DNA of 61,784 nucleotides, filler included, from Sphacelaria rigidula (Eukaryota): NCBI GenBank assembly GCA_964200075.2. It is 11 parts of 11 records of this genome, joined end to end, with 100 filler letters (N's around TTAATTAATTAA, not from the genome) between each part and the next. Parts side by side here need not be neighbours in the genome. Positions count along the whole stretch, not along the records: positions 56,260 to 61,784 come from CAXNAA020026624.1; 10 more parts are not named here. One strand, 5' to 3'. Shown piece by piece: positions 58,617 to 61,784 of this stretch (position 1 is its first letter; each line of letters starts with the position of its first letter). The notes under the pieces were generated by a model. It saw only the letters and a program-made list of their open reading frames with translations, ran no database searches and was not told where the DNA came from. The position numbers and the translations under genes were made by a program.

Positions 58617-61420
58617 CATTGATATTGACCGATTCATGCGGGAGTATTTTTCTTGGAGGATGTATACCATCAGTCCGGTTTCCATGACCCTGATTGCTTT
58701 CATGTATCGATGACGGTCGGTGCAGGAAGATGTGTCGTGTCTCACAACCATTTTTCATGACGGAGACACCACCCACTGACTGTAAATGATACTGGCGATG
58801 CCATCAAATCACAGGGGGGATGCACTCTTTACGGCCATCACCCTTCGATGGTGGAAAGTGCGAACACTTTGAGAAATCTCGAGCCACGTTTTCGCCACGA
58901 CCAGGAGTACGTGAACTTCAACACACAAAAACAAGTCAAGGAGTTTCGGAAACGCATTATTATTATAGCCTGGACACCTCGCAACATCATGTTTTCACCA
59001 CAACACATATGTGAAACTGCAAACGCTGAAAGAATTACAGCAAGTTTCCTAATTATCAAATTTACGAGATATGGACAGCCTGAACAAATTGAACTCAGGG
59101 AAAAACGAGCTTTCGAGCCTTTTCCGTTTATTTTCTGGATAAAAGTGCATGCACTCTTGGTCGTCGCAAAAATGTCGCCAGAGACTTCCAACAGTGCACG
59201 GTTTCGATCATCGAAGAGTGTGATAAATTGCCCCGGCGAGTGACGCCTACAACCTCCCCGTCTCCTCTTCAAAACTAGATACCCGTGCGATAACTGTGAA
59301 CGAGGGTGAGAATGGCAACAAACAATTGGAGGCATACACAAGAATTGCAAATGATGGAGTCGGATTCTCCGCCGTGTATGAACGATTCGAAACGAATTAC
59401 TCTCCAAATTCAAGGGCCAGGCAACACAATTTCAAGAAAATCGAGGACATTGATCTTCGGGATGGTCACTTATAATCTGCATCGTTGTTGCTGTCTTCAT
59501 TTTAAAAACCGGTCCGATATCCGGACTGTACATTGGTACTGGGCATCTGATGCAGACGCCTTCTGTGGTCACAGGCTAGTGAAACTAAAAAAACGAAATA
59601 GACCCAGATTAAAACTTACAAAACGCGATACAAGCAAAACAGGAATAAATAATATAGAAGAAAGAGAAAACATATGGCTAACCTCAGAGGATCCGGTGCC
59701 GAAGGCCCCCGTTCGGGCATCAAGGGGTGGTATCCGGCTTTCCAACTCGACGCGCGACGCCAAGTAGAAATGAGCATGGGGTCCGACTATGGACGAGACT
59801 CGAGGCTTCAAAAACCACCAACGGAAGAATTAAGAACCGCAAGGTTCCATCTTTCGACCTCTCGAGGGACAGTCATACGTACAAGACAAACACTGCATGA
59901 CATAACGGCACCCCTCATCGTGGGGGTTCACCCCTCACCCTCCCCTTCTCTGGACCGTCGCCGTTGCTGTGCTATGTGGGTTTCGTTGGTATTCCGTCTA
60001 ATCTGCATGAGATCACCAAACCGGCATCATGGTATATAAGGTGTTCATTTTTACCGTCTGCGAAACGCTTTCAAGCATTGTTACAACTGCTCGTTTCACC
60101 CGAAAACATGAATGCGACAACATACAGCGTGTACCAGGGAGAGATCGTTTGATTTCGTCAAACTACGGATCCGTCCCGAGGATGGGAAGAGAAGGGTTCA
60201 TCATGTGTCTGAACAAAAAAAACATTCTGCGCGAGGATACGGTGCGAACAGCGAACACGCGTATCGAAACTGGGTGTGAACCTGCCGTCCGTTGCATGTG
60301 CCTTTCAACACGACTTGATTGTTTCTACGGCCGGACGAATCACTGATTCGCCTGGAAATTACTTTATTTTAGTGTTGTTGATTCGTGCCGTACCAATCAA
60401 CCCTTAGGCTTCGCTTTCAGCGTTGCAACCCAGGTACGCGCCGCAGCACAGACACGTGGAATGGCGCGAAAATTGTGTGAAGATCTTTTTAACCAACGGT
60501 CACCTTCTTCTCTTTTGAGCAATCAGGTCTGAAAAATGGTGAAATTGGTGATTCCAACCGGCGATGATTCGTACAAACCGTGGAACGTGTACGGTTAGTG
60601 CGCGTCTCCTCCAATTACGCTAATCAAATACTTGGAGAACAAGGGCCGCCAGCACTTTTGTTCGTATAGTAGGGGGGCGGTATACAAAGCATATCATCCA
60701 AAACGAAAAACCAGAACACCTGCGTCGTGTACAAATCGGACAGAGCAACGGTGAAGTATGGGTTGGTGAGCGAACGCTCCTTTCCATGCGGTCGAGTTGC
60801 GCAAAGATACGGTACTCTCATTTATACTTCTCCGATAGTTTGACACAATTCGTCGATGTATGATTGTACGAGTTGGAGAGAACTGATATCATGGCCTTTG
60901 AAACAATCCTGGCTCCTCGACTGTGTTCAAGAGAGACACCATCTTTCTGGGGGATTTTGAGATGGCGTTTCTGGGTCTGCCATCGTAATGGAGACCAATG
61001 GTACGTGCACGTACGGACGACTTGCTGCAGCACCTGAGTTGCTGGGTCAAAAACAGGACGCAAACGTACACACGGAAGCAGGGGAAATACGAGCTGGACC
61101 GGCCAAGGCTCTGTGGCAACAATCCACAGGCTGCGCGTGGCTCAAGTATTCGAAACTCGACGTGAAATTTTGACAACAGACAACCGAGACTTGAGCCCAC
61201 CGCGTGACACCCTCAGCTTCCTGTTCTTTCTTTCCAGCACTAACTATGGTCAATTCAAACTCCTCAAAGTAAGCGGGAAAAGCATTTGTATGTATATATA
61301 TATAAGCCAAAGGTGGGGCAGGGTAGGTCTGAGTGGGGTTTTTCGTTTGTCAATATCTCACCCCGAAATTCGAAAAATTGAGGCACGCATCGTTCGAATC
61401 TTTTGGCACGAAGAAGGTGT

Positions 61421-61697
61421 CCCGGTGGTCCAATAGTGAGACTGCCACTGTCAGCGTGAAGAGAACGTGGGTTCGATTCCCACCAGACGCAATTTCTTTT
61501 CTTCCGGAGAAATGATTACATCGTCCAAAGAGGGAGGGCATCAGGAAAGATAGGTGAATCCTTTGAGACAACGGAGTCGTCTCTCGGAAGGGACGGGGTG
61601 TAGGGTAACAAAAAAAGAAGAGAGGTCGTGTACCGATGAAGTGTGACAAAAAACCGTGTGCAGAGAGTGCACTACAGTACCGGCCCGCTAGTAAGAA
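61421..61697 (+). mobile_element. tRNA-derived SINE-like element
   Basis: CCCGGTGGTCCAATAG… (A-box-like) and GGGTTCGATTCCC (B box); head related to 5192-5125. The 3' boundary is uncertain. Confidence 0.6.
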
Positions 61698-61784
61698 ACG
61701 TGTCAGTAAGAAAATCAGCCTCAAATTTGAGACAAACTTAAGAAACGGCTCAGCCTCGACATCTGCCGCAACTTAAGAAAGAGC

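Overview
Eukaryotic genomic DNA, most consistent with a brown alga (Phaeophyceae). This is inferred from short exons, long repeat-filled introns and the protein families present. The window is not one locus. It is 11 unrelated contigs of 5525-5527 bp, sorted by length and joined by 100-bp N44-TTAATTAATTAA-N44 spacers, so adjacency across spacers carries no biological meaning. Six spliced gene fragments can be reconstructed: a DGAT2/MGAT-like acyltransferase, a PX-domain protein, a MACPF protein resembling the N-terminal region of GVIN1/VLIG, a pectin-lyase-fold beta-helix protein, a probable plastid protein, and an NHX-type Na+/H+ exchanger. The rest is mostly transposable elements: Ty3/Gypsy remnants, LINE 3' fragments, tRNA-derived SINEs, hAT, Harbinger and Tc1-type MITEs with clear TIRs and TSDs, and Helitron-like ends. 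Most notable: (1) a LINE and a ~600-bp non-coding element share a structured ~75-nt 3' end and sit in poly(C) rather than poly(A) tracts; (2) the GVIN-type MACPF candidate pore-former; (3) two long hairpins that could be small-RNA precursors.
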